This document shows, in pieces, positions 24,314 to 35,975 of a DNA stretch of 64,000 nucleotides. The DNA comes from Lytechinus pictus (Eukaryota). The position numbers were made by a program, and so were the translations under genes. The notes below the pieces were generated by a model that ran no database searches, had not been told where the DNA came from, and worked only from the letters and a program-made list of their open reading frames with translations. Position 1 is the first letter of the stretch. Every line of letters begins with the position of its first letter. The DNA lies in NCBI RefSeq assembly GCF_037042905.1, contig NC_087251.1:23252001-23316000 (forward strand), written 5' to 3'.

Positions 24314-25284
24314 GGCGCTAGTGTAGTTTCGCACCTCCCCGTTTAATGGTTTTCAAACATACTACAATCTCACCCTAAATAATTCACAACCTAAATACTT
24401 GCATCTGAGCCTCCAAAGTACGGTACAGTAGAAGTTGAATATTTGCCGTTTTGACACTTTTTTACAAAGTTTTACACCTATTTCGGAATCACTCGGTCGC
24501 TTGATCAAGCTCAGCGCTGCACATAAGCAGTCGGTACGCGTACAGTACGTACCACCTAGTGACCTAGTGAAGTGCAAGAAGAGCGAGTTTTTCTATGGTA
24601 TCTTCAAAAAGATTTTCCCCCTCTTTCAGCTTGCACCAAGTATTACGGTAGTGCCAGTGGTTGTGCAGAGTGGTTGATGTTTGTTGTGTGAAGGTATGTG
24701 TATGGGGTGTGCGTGTGTGTGATTTTTTGAATGAAATAAGAAATGTGAAAAATGTGAATACACGTAGATTTAGCGATGAAAATAAGCTGAAAGAGGGGAA
24801 AAAAATCTTTTTGAAGATACCATAGAAAAACTCGCTCTTCTTGCACAACTGGGCGTTGTGGCGTGCGCCTGTAATCCAAGCTATGTGGGGAAGTTACAAA
24901 TTGATGCAGAGGTTCGAGGTTCGAGCCCTGGTCACGTCTTTCGGATGGTGACGTTAAAGGTCGGTCCCAGACGTAAATAATCATTTCTGATTGATACACG
25001 TCTGACAAAACTCAAATACACACACACTTCACTAGGTGGTACGTACTGCAGCGTACTGTGCGCGTACCGACTGCTAGTTATGTGCAGCGCTGAGCTTCAA
25101 GCGACCGAGTGATTCCGAAATAGGTGTAAAACTTTGTAAAAAAAAGTGTCAAAACGGCAAATATTCAACTTCTACTGGACTTTGGAGGCTCAGATGCAAG
25201 TATTTTAGGTTGTGAATTATTTAGGGTGAGATTGTACATGTTTGAAAACCATTAAACGGGGAGGTGCGAAACTACACTAGCGCC
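24314..25284. mobile_element. Long-TIR non-autonomous DNA element (Merlin- or MULE-like), host of the 7SL-headed SINE
   Basis: GGCGCTAGTGTAGTTTCGCACC ... GGTGCGAAACTACACTAGCGCC; about 320-bp arms; 8-bp TSD AGAGTTCC at 24306-24313 and 25285-25292. Confidence 0.88.
24847..25027 (+). mobile_element. 7SL RNA-derived SINE (Alu-domain head, B-box, Deu/Nin-like body, 3' stem-loop, (CA)n tail)
   Basis: ACTGGGCGTTGTGGCGTGCGCCTGTAATCCAAGCTA resembles the 7SL 5' end; GGTTCGAGCCC at 24918-24928; interrupts one arm of the host element at TTGCAC|TTCACTAGG. Confidence 0.75.
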
Positions 25285-25502
25285 AGAGTTCCATATGCAC
25301 CCCCACTAAAAATTGAAAATAAAATTAAAAACATGGAGAAGGTTCAGAATAATAATTTATCTAGAATCTAGTCCTAGGGCTAGGCTAAACATATATGATG
25401 GGGGAGTCGAAATACATACCAAAATATGGCTTTATTCCGTCAAATTTTGAGCAGGATCTAGTGCGTGTAATTTTCCATAGACATCGGTTTATTTAGTCAG
25501 TA

Positions 25503-26113
25503 CCGTATGGGTACTAGTATTCAACCCGGCATAATTCAAAGATTTTGACATATTCCCCAAAATATTTAGAAATAGGGAATTTATCTTAATTTCACACCTT
25601 TGTTATTTCCAGGGTAATCTGTTGTCGATATTTTCTTTGTCAATCTGTCGACTGTATGCGCGGAGGATCGAATTATGCGGCGATGGCCTTTTGCACTGAA
25701 TGGTACTAGTATTCAACCTAGTGAGGATTGATAGCAAATCTCAAAAGGGTTTAGATTGCTAAATTAGATCTAGATCTATGTAAGTCTATGGCTTTGATTA
25801 ATTCCCTGTTTGGTCTCATCTCAAATGGTCTAGTCCATAGTCAGATGGGACAAGGGCAGATTGAGAGACAGGGCCATCTTTCATCGCTAGGTTGAATACT
25901 AGTGCCGACGGGTTGAATACTAGTACCAAAATCCGTCGCCGTATAATTCGATCGCCCGCGCACACAGTCAACTGGTTGAAGAAAAAAATAACGGAAAAAG
26001 AATAACCAGCATTTGCTCTTGGAAATAAGATGGGTCTGAAATTCAGGTAAATTCTATATTTCTATATATTTGAGGAAACTCTCCAAACGGGTTGAATACT
26101 AGTGCCCTTACGG
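25503..26113. mobile_element. Palindromic TA-targeting MITE (pogo/Tc1-mariner-like) with repeated ACTAGTATTCAACC motifs
   Basis: TA|CCGTATGGGTACTAGTATTCAACCCG ... CGGGTTGAATACTAGTGCCCTTACGG|TA. Confidence 0.82.
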
Positions 26114-26186
26114 TAAAGGGTCTGTGAGTCGAGACTAGTCGAACTATCGGGTGATAATTGTTAAATACCCCTTCCGGTATCAGCGC

Positions 26187-26258
26187 TTTTCGCTAGCATA
26201 GCGGGAAAGGTCTTGACTGCAGATAAAACGAGGTGAGTTCGAGTCCCAACTAAGGGAA
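26187..26258 (+). pseudogene. Degenerate tRNA-Cys(GCA)-like sequence or SINE head
   Basis: A-box-like TAGCATAGCGG, TTGACTGCAGAT anticodon-arm match, B-box GTTCGAGTCC; stems do not pair well. Confidence 0.4.
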
Positions 26259-26289
26259 GTAACAGTATAAAAATGATAGAAAAATCTGA

Positions 26290-26546
26290 AGTGAACGAAC
26301 CGGAAGTCTCAACAATCTTTTGTTATTTTTGGTGGGGGGTGCATGTGGAACTCTTTCCCAGAATTTAGGCACAGCCTGGAACCTCGAAAAAACAAAATAT
26401 AGCCTCGGTCTCGATCGGCCATTTTGTTTTGAATTTTGAAAGAAGGAGAGGTATCGCGACAGAACTTTTCGTTTTTTTTAGGTTCCAGTCTGTGCCTCAA
26501 TGTCAGGATTTGTTTGTCACGATAGACCTTCATCCATATAATCGTG
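26290..26546 (+). promoter_or_regulatory. Candidate promoter and non-coding first exon of the formin gene
   Basis: ETS motif CCGGAAGT at 26301, YY1-like GCCATTTT near 26418, CpG-retaining region, strong donor GTG|GTAAGT at 26546/26547; CpG appears depleted downstream. Confidence 0.45.
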
Positions 26547-29149
26547 GTAAGTGCCACTCATTCAATGAACAAGGTTATGATATAACCTTGTTCTCTGTTG
26601 TATCTCCATGTGTGGCAAAATAAGGGTGGCAATGTTTGGCTTATTTTCTCTTTTTCTTTGGGACAAATGCTTGATTTTTTTACACAGACAGTTTCCATAA
26701 CACCTATTAATTATGGAAACTATTATTGGCTCTTCAGTAAATTTGATTCTTTAAATCATTTTTTTCTTGATTAAAAATAGAGATTGAAAAATGAAAATTT
26801 TCTTGCCATATTACTTTCCACCAATAGAGGGCGTACACAAAAATATGCCCAAAATTCAAATATTTGAGCGCTCTGGTGAATACAAAAAATATTCCCAAAT
26901 TACTAATGAAAAATAAATTGCAACTGTATGGAAATTAGTCATTTTGGTCACAAAAGTGATATTTCAATGATTTTTTTATAGTGTGTGCTCTGTACAGCAT
27001 TGGCATACCATAGTCCTAGTCCTACTTGTAGATTCCCTACAGGCAGGATGGTTGCAGTGAGCTAGTGTTAAGTGCATAATTTCTGTTTTCACATTTTATT
27101 AAGATTGCTATTGAGACCCCAAATCTACCCCAGTGTCTCCCTCGTTTTGCACGGTCGACTCCTGGGCTCCAGAGCTCCCTGGGTTACCCCATCCCGCGCC
27201 CTTGCCCTGCGATGTCGCGACTGTGTGTGTCTGAGCTGCATAGCTGAAGTTGAGACGGACAAATATGTTCTGCAAGACCAAGAGCCAAGAATCTTCAGGA
27301 TTGAAGGATGCAGGGTAATCCTGGGGGTTACCGACCTTTCCATCCTGGGTTTTAGGGGCATTGCTTACCTCCATGTTGTAGCTGTGCATTCTGTCATCTG
27401 TGATTGAATTCTCAATTTTTTAAATTGAAAATGGGATCACATGTCGTGAAAGTGGACTGAGCTGACTGAGGCTGAGCCAGGAGTTGAGTGTGAGTGACTA
27501 GCCAGGCCAGGGCCTAGTCCTAGATGCTACAGCCTATTTGACATAATCACAGAGTCCACTAGGCTAGAGTGTGACCCCCTCTGTCTATGTCTGTGACAGA
27601 GCGAGACGAGCAAGGCCAGGGTGTGATATTTTGACTTAAATTGTCCAAAAAATATATATGATAATGCCAATGGATTTCCTTTTTTCTTAGTTTGTGAAAC
27701 CTTGCTCATTTGTCCACTATCCCGGGGCCTGTTTCATAGCGAGATGAGTGATGCGTTAAAATGTCCAAGGACCATTCTTCTTCCGAGATAGGAAGATTGG
27801 CGACAAATCTGTGCTTTCCATTTCACAATAGCGATTTTGTCATCTAAGTCGGTGACATCGTGTGATGTCGAATCCGCAAATATCAGTCTATATCGTACCC
27901 TGAACATTTTATCAAGGAATGATGACTTAGACTCATGAAATAATATATTTCAATAAATCTGAAGATGAAAGAGATTTCAATTTGTAACAGTTTTCCGAAT
28001 TTATGTAGGAAGCTTTTTTTTACGATATGAGGTAAATCTATGGAAAGAAACAGCTCTAAAAATATAATTGAATAAAAGCAAAATTTCCATCAATTTCCTT
28101 ATAAAATCAGATGCCCTTTAAAGCCTATCTTTGTTTTATTAAATACAGCCTGTACCTCAAAATGCACCTGTCACTATTTGAATTCATTATGAGATGTATG
28201 TATGGGGCAGAATTTCTTAAAAGCTGTGTGCTGGCAAGCAAAATTTTTGACAAAAATCAAATTTTGTGATTGATTTTGACATGATCAGAAAACTATCATA
28301 TTTTACCCTTTTACCTTTTTGTCCTGCCTAAACGACCTATATCAATTTTCCTGTTTGTTAGTTTGTTATTATGTTTTTGTTCAACTTGATCTCATTTCTT
28401 TATTTCTGCATCAATTATTTTGGCACTTCGTACATAGGATCCTTGGGCAATACCACACGTGTGTCCACAAGGGTGATGGCTTCAAAGGTCAAATATTAAT
28501 GTTGAAGTTTTTGCTCGATTTGTTCTCATTTCTTTATTTCTGCATCAATTATGTTGACACTTGGAAAATATGATCTTGGGGTAATACCTGTTTATGAGGG
28601 GAATGGGGTCAAAGGTCAATCTTTTGTTCAAATTGCTCTCATTTCTTTATTTTTGCATCAATTGTGTTTACAATTGGTACAAATAACCGTTGGGTAATAC
28701 CATACATATGTTCATAAGGATAAAGTCAGAAGATCATACAGGGTGCATATTTCATTGATCACGATATCAGGCGAGACTGGTGTTTCGTGAACCACCTTGT
28801 TCCTATTATGCATTTGAGAAAAAAATACAACGCTTGAATATTCTCACATAAACGTTTTAAAAATAATGAAAACGGGACAAAACAGGATCCTGGGCAGTGC
28901 CGTATGGGTTGGAAGACAAATTGCTGAAATACAGGAATGTCCACTGAAATCTTGGAGGCTGGGATGTCTGGTCACCCTGCTTTCAATGTAGATTAAAGAT
29001 TTAATCTTGATACCAGACATTAAAGACCCTGACTACACTGCGGGCACTGCTTTCAGTTCGACCCAAATTTTTGTACCCTGACTCGGATCCATATTTTCTT
29101 GTGTTTACATCGTCAAGGCAGCTTGATCATGAGAATAAAGACCCGTAAT

Positions 29150-29345
29150 CTCAAAAGAGGTTTCAATTGTACCATGGTACAATACCATGGACTATGCAGA
29201 TTACACTTATTTCATGGTGTACACATAGTTAAATCCAATTGAATGTGCACTTTTGGCAAAGTGCGTTTAAAATGAAGCGCCTTAATGAAATAAATCTGCA
29301 TACATTATGGTTTTGTACCATGGTACAATTGAAACCTCATTTGAG
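29150..29345. repeat. Inverted repeat (MITE core)
   Basis: CTCAAAAGAGGTTTCAATTGTACCATGGTACAA vs TTGTACCATGGTACAATTGAAACCTCATTTGAG. Confidence 0.65.
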
Positions 29346-31645
29346 CACCCAGCATTTGGGTCCACTTGTGTTTACAGCCACAAAAGGCGGGCCTTGGGGC
29401 CAGTCTGAGACTACCTTCTGGAGGTGGTCTTGCTAACTCAAGTAATACTCATGCATTTTCTAATCAAAATTTAGGCCAGAGGCTGGCCTTTCACCCAATG
29501 TTTCAACTGGGTTAAAGAAAACAAAATGACAATCCAAAATAAATTTGTGTGAAGCAAGTTATCAGGTGAGGTACGGTACATTATTTCATGGAGGTAGAAA
29601 TCTACCTCCATGGTTATTTCGCCAAGTTGACTTATGAAAAGTTGTGTGTCAACATTACAAGATACGTTGTCTGGCCATGTCGATTTATAGAAAAAGTTCT
29701 GATGTCAACATGGCAAGATACATATCTCGCCAAGTAGGCTTATGAAAAGTTGTATGTAAACATGGTGAGATAATTATCTTGCCATGTTGACATATAAAGA
29801 GTAAGTGGTGAGATATACCCACATCATCCTGCATGTGGATATTGATCTGTAGCCAGCCACGCTTTTGCCTGGATTTGTTTTCAACGGGTTGTAGTGCTTG
29901 CATGCTGTGGATGTAAAATCGAATCCCACCATCTACTTATTATATGGTGAGGTAGCGTTTCATATACCTCGCCATGTTGACATATAACAATTTATATGTT
30001 GACTTGGGAATATAACATTTTTCAACATCTCCACAAGACGATGGCATAGCACTTTAAAGCTTCAATAGCAAATACAGACTGTTGTCTAAAAACAATCTAA
30101 AGTAAAATATAGTACAAGTGAAAATAATAATATTCATAATAATGATGATGATGGTGGTGGTGGTGGTGATGATGACAAAAATGATATTAATTAATATTGT
30201 CTTTTATTGGCAAATTGTCAAATCAAATTTGAGATACAGTGAGTATTAATGCATACACCCACCATACATGTACATTATTCATGATATCAGTTGCAAATAA
30301 AAATATATACTGTATATTGTTGACAAATGGCAATTTATCTATTTCGAATTTGAAATACAGTGTGTACAGTGCATTTTAATGCTTCCACCCACCATACAGT
30401 GTACATGAACATATCTTGAGATATGTACATGTGCATAGCATATCTCGAGATATGTTGTCTCAGTAGAAAGACCAGAGGCACTTGTTTATAGGTTAATTGT
30501 CTAAGAGTTAGACCATCCTGTGTACATTTGACGTAGGCTTATGTGGGAGGGGCGCTACTTTTTGGGTGGGGGATCAGAAACAATTGCCATTGAGAGACAA
30601 TGGACAAGTTATACCTGAATACATTGCTTTTACTGTAGCTAGCGATGAATAATTTTTCAATATACATGTAGCCAAACGTCACTCAAGGCCATGGCCTCCT
30701 GCAGGCTGCAGTCCTAATACGGGCGCAATGGTCTTTCCTTAATAATAAGCCATTAAAATTGCCCTGTATTTACTTGGCCATTTTGAATTTTGTCATACAT
30801 GTAAATGAGGTTTTAATAATTCAGCAATTTACTGTCTTGCCACTCCAAAATTGTACTTTGAAGACTGGAAGTTACATGTAGATGTGTAAGATGTATAAAT
30901 TCAGATCTGGCAATGAGTTATGCTGAAATTTTGACTGCACAATCAAGAATCCACCCATTTCCTTCAATGTAAGTTCAAGATCCAAAGACTTCCACAGAAA
31001 ACAATACAAAATAATGTCATAGCAATACATTCTTTGCATCAGTACAACTGTACAACTGGGAATAAAGTAAGTTTGATATTTAATGATTGATTTTTTGGTC
31101 TAAGTATGCAACATTCGTGTATACATGTACATGTATGTTTGTTCAACATACGATATGAAAGTTATTGTTGAAATGAGACAATGGCTGCTGACAATAATTA
31201 TTTGGAAAATACATTGTATGTTGTTGTACCCCTCCCCTTTGTACCTGGGAGTGTTATTCCTGCTTGCATAGTTGCTCCTCTGGAAATTTACACGTAGGTA
31301 TGGGTTTTAGGGGTCAGAATGATGTAGGAAGGATTGGGTTCGGGATTACATTTTACATTTGGCTTTGTGTGGATTTTCTTAGTAGGAGCAATAGTTGCAG
31401 GAGGAAATGTCATGGAACCAGTTATAAAAATGAAACAGAGTAGGGAATGACAAAATCAGAAAATTAGTTTTCTACCAATTCTCATGAAATTTAAAGATGG
31501 GCAAGATATATATTTTTTGCATGTGTTGGAAACTGTTGCCATGGTAATGGCATAGTGAGGGGGTATTAATCACCTTCAGTGATAGTTCTATTTTTTTTTT
31601 TTTTTTTTAATAAAGATTTTGATCTCATTATGACCTTATTCATAT

Positions 31646-32412
31646 GGGCAGTTCTACGGTTACGGAGTGACATCCAGAAACAAGTTTTTAGCGTTCAAAC
31701 AAAAATATCACCCATATTTAAATAGTTATTTGCAAAGAAATGGTACCTGACAGTAGTTGCTGAAACCCACTTTTCAAATTAATAACATTTGTTATTTTGA
31801 TCCACTGAATTAATGAGATATGAATATTCATAAACATGGTTACGGAGTGACTTAAAATAGACATGCATATTTGAGGAGAAAACTATTGCTCAAACTCTGT
31901 GAACTTTAAATGGCTATCACAATGTTGAGTTATTGAGTGGAATATATGTTGTTCTAGCTTTAATATGCTGCATTACATAAAAAATTTGGTGTATTTTTTC
32001 ATTAATTACAACTTAAAACATAAACCCATACCCGGTTACGGAGTGACATCTGAAATATTCACACACAGGCAACGTAAAATAAACTTATATTTTAAAACTT
32101 TCTTTTAAAATTATGTAAAATGATGACCTTCAGATTATCCAAAAGAAATTTTTACAAAACAAGCAATAGTTTTCTGTTAAATTGAAATTAAGTAAAAAAA
32201 AAACAATATATGTAGTCCCATACAATGTATAGAATTTTTGTATGGTTTGAATTCTCCTATAAGGAGATGCATGAGAAAAAAAATTGTGGCTAATTATGTT
32301 CCCCTTTTGTATTTATGAAATCTCATGAGTTTTGATAGAAAAATTTGATCCAGATTTGAAATAGAGCCAATATAAATTTTTGGAAAATGTCCACTTTTGC
32401 TTGGAATTGCCC
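31646..32412. mobile_element. Non-autonomous DNA element with short TIRs and ATAT flanks (Sola- or ISL2EU-like)
   Basis: ATAT|GGGCAGTTC ... GAATTGCCC|ATAT; GGTTACGGAGTGAC three times internally (about 31658, 31838, 32034). Confidence 0.65.
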
Positions 32413-32821
32413 ATATACCGGTACTCTAAAACATCTTGTTTACCGTTTTATTTTGAAATATCAAGCCTTAGATAACAACAGTAAGCCTACAATTAATATA
32501 CATGTACTGAATAAGAGAACAATTTCAACAACAATTACGTCATTGTACAAATGTAAAAACTTTCTGCTGGTGATAAAGTCATACCTGACAATGGGTCAAT
32601 TTTACCTAATAAACAGCACAAACATGCTATTTACTGTCCGTGGTCTTTGTGTTTACCCAGACTAGGTTGCGCTTAAATAGTGAATCCTAGAGCTGAACAA
32701 AAGAAGGAATGTGCTTATAACTGAAAGGTGAATTTGAGAGTTACAATATAAAGCAGTCTTGGTCCATTTGTAAAGCCTTTGTTCATCAAACTAGACAAGC
32801 TTGTTAATTTTGTTTTACAAG

Positions 32822-32904
32822 GTTGGGTGAGCAAAAACGTGTCTCATTCTTATCTCTATACTTTTGTGTATCCATTGATGTAGAATAGGGGGGTTCACAA
32901 AGAG
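32822..32904 (+). other. Possible non-coding 5' UTR exon of the formin gene
   Basis: T-rich tract plus AAG acceptor; strong donor GAG|GTAAGT. Confidence 0.35.
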
Positions 32905-33167
32905 GTAAGTATGACTTGGTTGTGTGCTGTATGAAAGGACTGTATCACCACATTGGTCATATCATGTGAAGAGGACGCACGCTACTACATCAATAAGATT
33001 GCACGTTACATATCGCATCACTGATAAGCATGACACATTTAATTCTTTTTTTAATCACCCTCCAGGGTCCGTAAAACAAAGCTTTACAATTTATCATGAC
33101 ACAGTTTTTTTTTTACAATCAATTTCAAGAACCACAATGCAAAATCAATTATATGATCAGTCCCTAA

Positions 33168-33331
33168 TCCCTCGGTCACATTTGCTCTACGGTGGCCGTA
33201 TGGTGAGTCGATAACAGCCGCTTTATTCATTTTTTTTTTCAAACCACCAATTTGTAGCTGGTGCAAAAAATGTTAAAACAGCTGTTTTCGACTTGCCGTA
33301 TGGCCGCCATAGAGCAAATGTGACCGAGGTA
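33168..33331. mobile_element. PIF/Harbinger-like MITE
   Basis: TAA|TCCCTCGGTCACATTTGCTCTA ... TAGAGCAAATGTGACCGAGGTA|TAA. Confidence 0.8.
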
Positions 33332-34204
33332 TAAGCTTTGTGTTATACAGGACCCAGAGAGAGACTGAAGTCTGACTTTTGCAAAAATTAAGATATATAT
33401 TTTGTTTTATTATGTACAACCAGAATGATTTTGAAATCAGTACCTAAACAATTACTTCGGTGATCCTGTATAATTTCTGATTATTGGTATTGCTATAAAC
33501 ATGTATTTACATTTAATTCATTCTTCTTTTGCCCTCCCCCCCCCCCCCCCCCCCCCTCTCACAGAAGCAGTGTGCATCATTGTTTTCCAAGATAATGACA
33601 TGTGGAGATCAATGAACAACAAATGAATGGAATCCCTGGATGGAACACTTGGACTTACTGCCCAGTGTAGAACGTCAAGACAAATTCATCCTCCCAATGA
33701 TGTCTAGTTACGACCAAGAAAAATATGTGTGATTGAGCTGAGAAATATCGCTTGTTATATAAAATGAGGTTTTTGGGCCTCTCTCTGGCTTGATGCTCTG
33801 TAGCCCTGTTGCTTGTACCCTGGCATTGTTATGTTCATGATAGAAATGGAAATTGCATTGAATAAGGTTTATGGATAAAAGGTGATTGGAATCATGTGAG
33901 CAGTTTTGTATAATGCAAATTGCCATGGGTGATTAGAATGGTAATCATTGAGATGAAATCAATCAGTTGGAATACCACAGCCGCAGTTGTTGGTTTGCTT
34001 GGCTGCTCACAAAGACGAGAAATAATAATCATAGAGAGCTGCTTTCATTTCCTCAGCTGAACTTGCTCTATTTACAACAGGAATGTCATTGAGGATTATG
34101 TTGAACTATGCAAGGAGAGGAAAGCTTATTCACTGTTTATCAGCAAGCAACGTCTTCGGGCATCAAATCTCCAAATATCTTACTGAGTAATTATTGGAAC
34201 AAAA

Positions 34205-35975
34205 ATGGAGAAGGGTCATAAATTTGTCATAAATGACAGTACTGGGTCCCATAAAACCAGTGGAAGTAGAGGCAATGGTGTCACAGAATATGGTGGAGGA
34301 AATACAGGAAAGGATCCTGGAGCTCTAACCTCACCTACCTCGCCCATGTCTGGTGGAGTAAGGACAGGAAATGGAAGGATGAACAGAATGCAAGCAGTAC
34401 GCACTGAGACCATTGAGGAGACAGTGTGCGTCTATGAGATCTCAAATCCAGGAAAAGACAATAATGCATTAGAGACAAGAAGAAAGTCTGAAACACTTTG
34501 TGCGGAGGTTTTGGCAAATGGTGCATTATCAAGGAGACGATCATCCAGTCCAAATACTGTTAGTGATATGCTGCAAGGCAGGAATAGAAGTGGTATCCCA
34601 TCACATACATCACATGGTATTAATTGGGATACTGCATTGCATCAAAATGAGAATAGTGGTTCTAACGGCCATTCTGGCCATGCTCAGCAAGCGGAAGAAG
34701 TTAATTTACCTGTAACATTTTTTAGGTCAGATTCACTTGTATCGAGTCCAGCAGACTTGACAACAACAGTATTAACTATGCAAGGTGGTCATGCGAAGAG
34801 TGGCAAAGATAATGGGAATGATTCTTTGGTAGCAGGTAAGAGCAGACACTCAACCCCTATGGATGGACTCTACAATATCAAATACAACCCTGCTTATAAA
34901 GAAGATGCTAGAACAATTATTGATGTTGATCCATCATCTCTAGGTAATTATAAACAGAATGGCCCTACGTGTGATCTTCTGAGAGGAGATCGATTGGAGC
35001 CTCCTACGTCCTTATTTCTGAAAGAGAAACTCTCTTTAATAGGCATGCAGGATAACACTCCTAGTGATATAGAATTCTATGATTGTCATTCACAACTTGG
35101 TGAACAAAGAGAAACTCCAGATCAAGAACTCTTTACTCCAGAAACTGACAGCAACTTGTTAAAACAAAGTGTGGACAATAATTACAGAAGCGATTTGTTA
35201 AGTTCTTCTGAAAGATGGCATACTGGAACAGAAGCTTCTGTCACTACACATCAAGCCATACACAATTCAGAAGAAGGTGATTTGAGTTTCATCAAGAAAA
35301 ATGGGCACACAAGACAGATGGATGGAGCTGAATTTACATCTCCACCCAATCCAGTTCGCATCCCAAGATTTCAGGAAGACCCAGGAAATTGTAAGGATCC
35401 AGAGCACATGAAGAATTCAAGAAATGGGAGTCCCGGTGCCATGGAAAGATTCAAGCACTTTCTTTCTTTTGGAGAGAAGGATCCGCCACAGGAAATGAAA
35501 GAGGCTCCATCTAGCTTCCCTGTGTCTTTCCCTTCTCTTCCAGACCTTTCAGCGTCCAACCAAGCTCTCAAATCCTTCAACTTTTCCCACGAGAAGTCCT
35601 ACCCATCACCTGAGAAGGGACGTCCAGCAATGACACCTAGTGAACGTGGAGAGAAGAGCTGGTGGAAGGATCCAACATATGGTTTCCCCTCTCCTGAGAT
35701 ATCTCTCAAGAGACCGCAGACACTCTTCAGGTTTAGTACTTGTACCTCCCCTTATGATAAAAATACAGAGACCCGAAAGACTCGTAGACGATCTACTGAG
35801 GTGCTTGTTGAGGGGTTATCCAGTCCATTGTCTGCCAGTGAAAGACTGCTCAGGTCACCAAGAACTCCAAGCAAACCAATGACTCCCAAGGAACCCTCAG
35901 CTTACGTTGCAGCCAGAGAGAAACAGGCGAAGCTGGATTTTAGGATTAACTTCAAGGACCAGGCAAACTTTACAG
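34205..35975 (+). CDS. FMN2: Formin coding exon 1 (long low-complexity N-terminus)
   Basis: 590-codon open frame; donor ACAG|GTATGT, phase 1; upstream acceptor uncertain (33564 or 34080). Confidence 0.8.

Noticed and set aside
24847..24890. Human Alu contamination or a true 7SL gene
   Set aside because: Similarity stops after about 45 nt; there is no Alu dimer, poly(A) or SRP S-domain, and it is cleanly embedded in a host-type transposon
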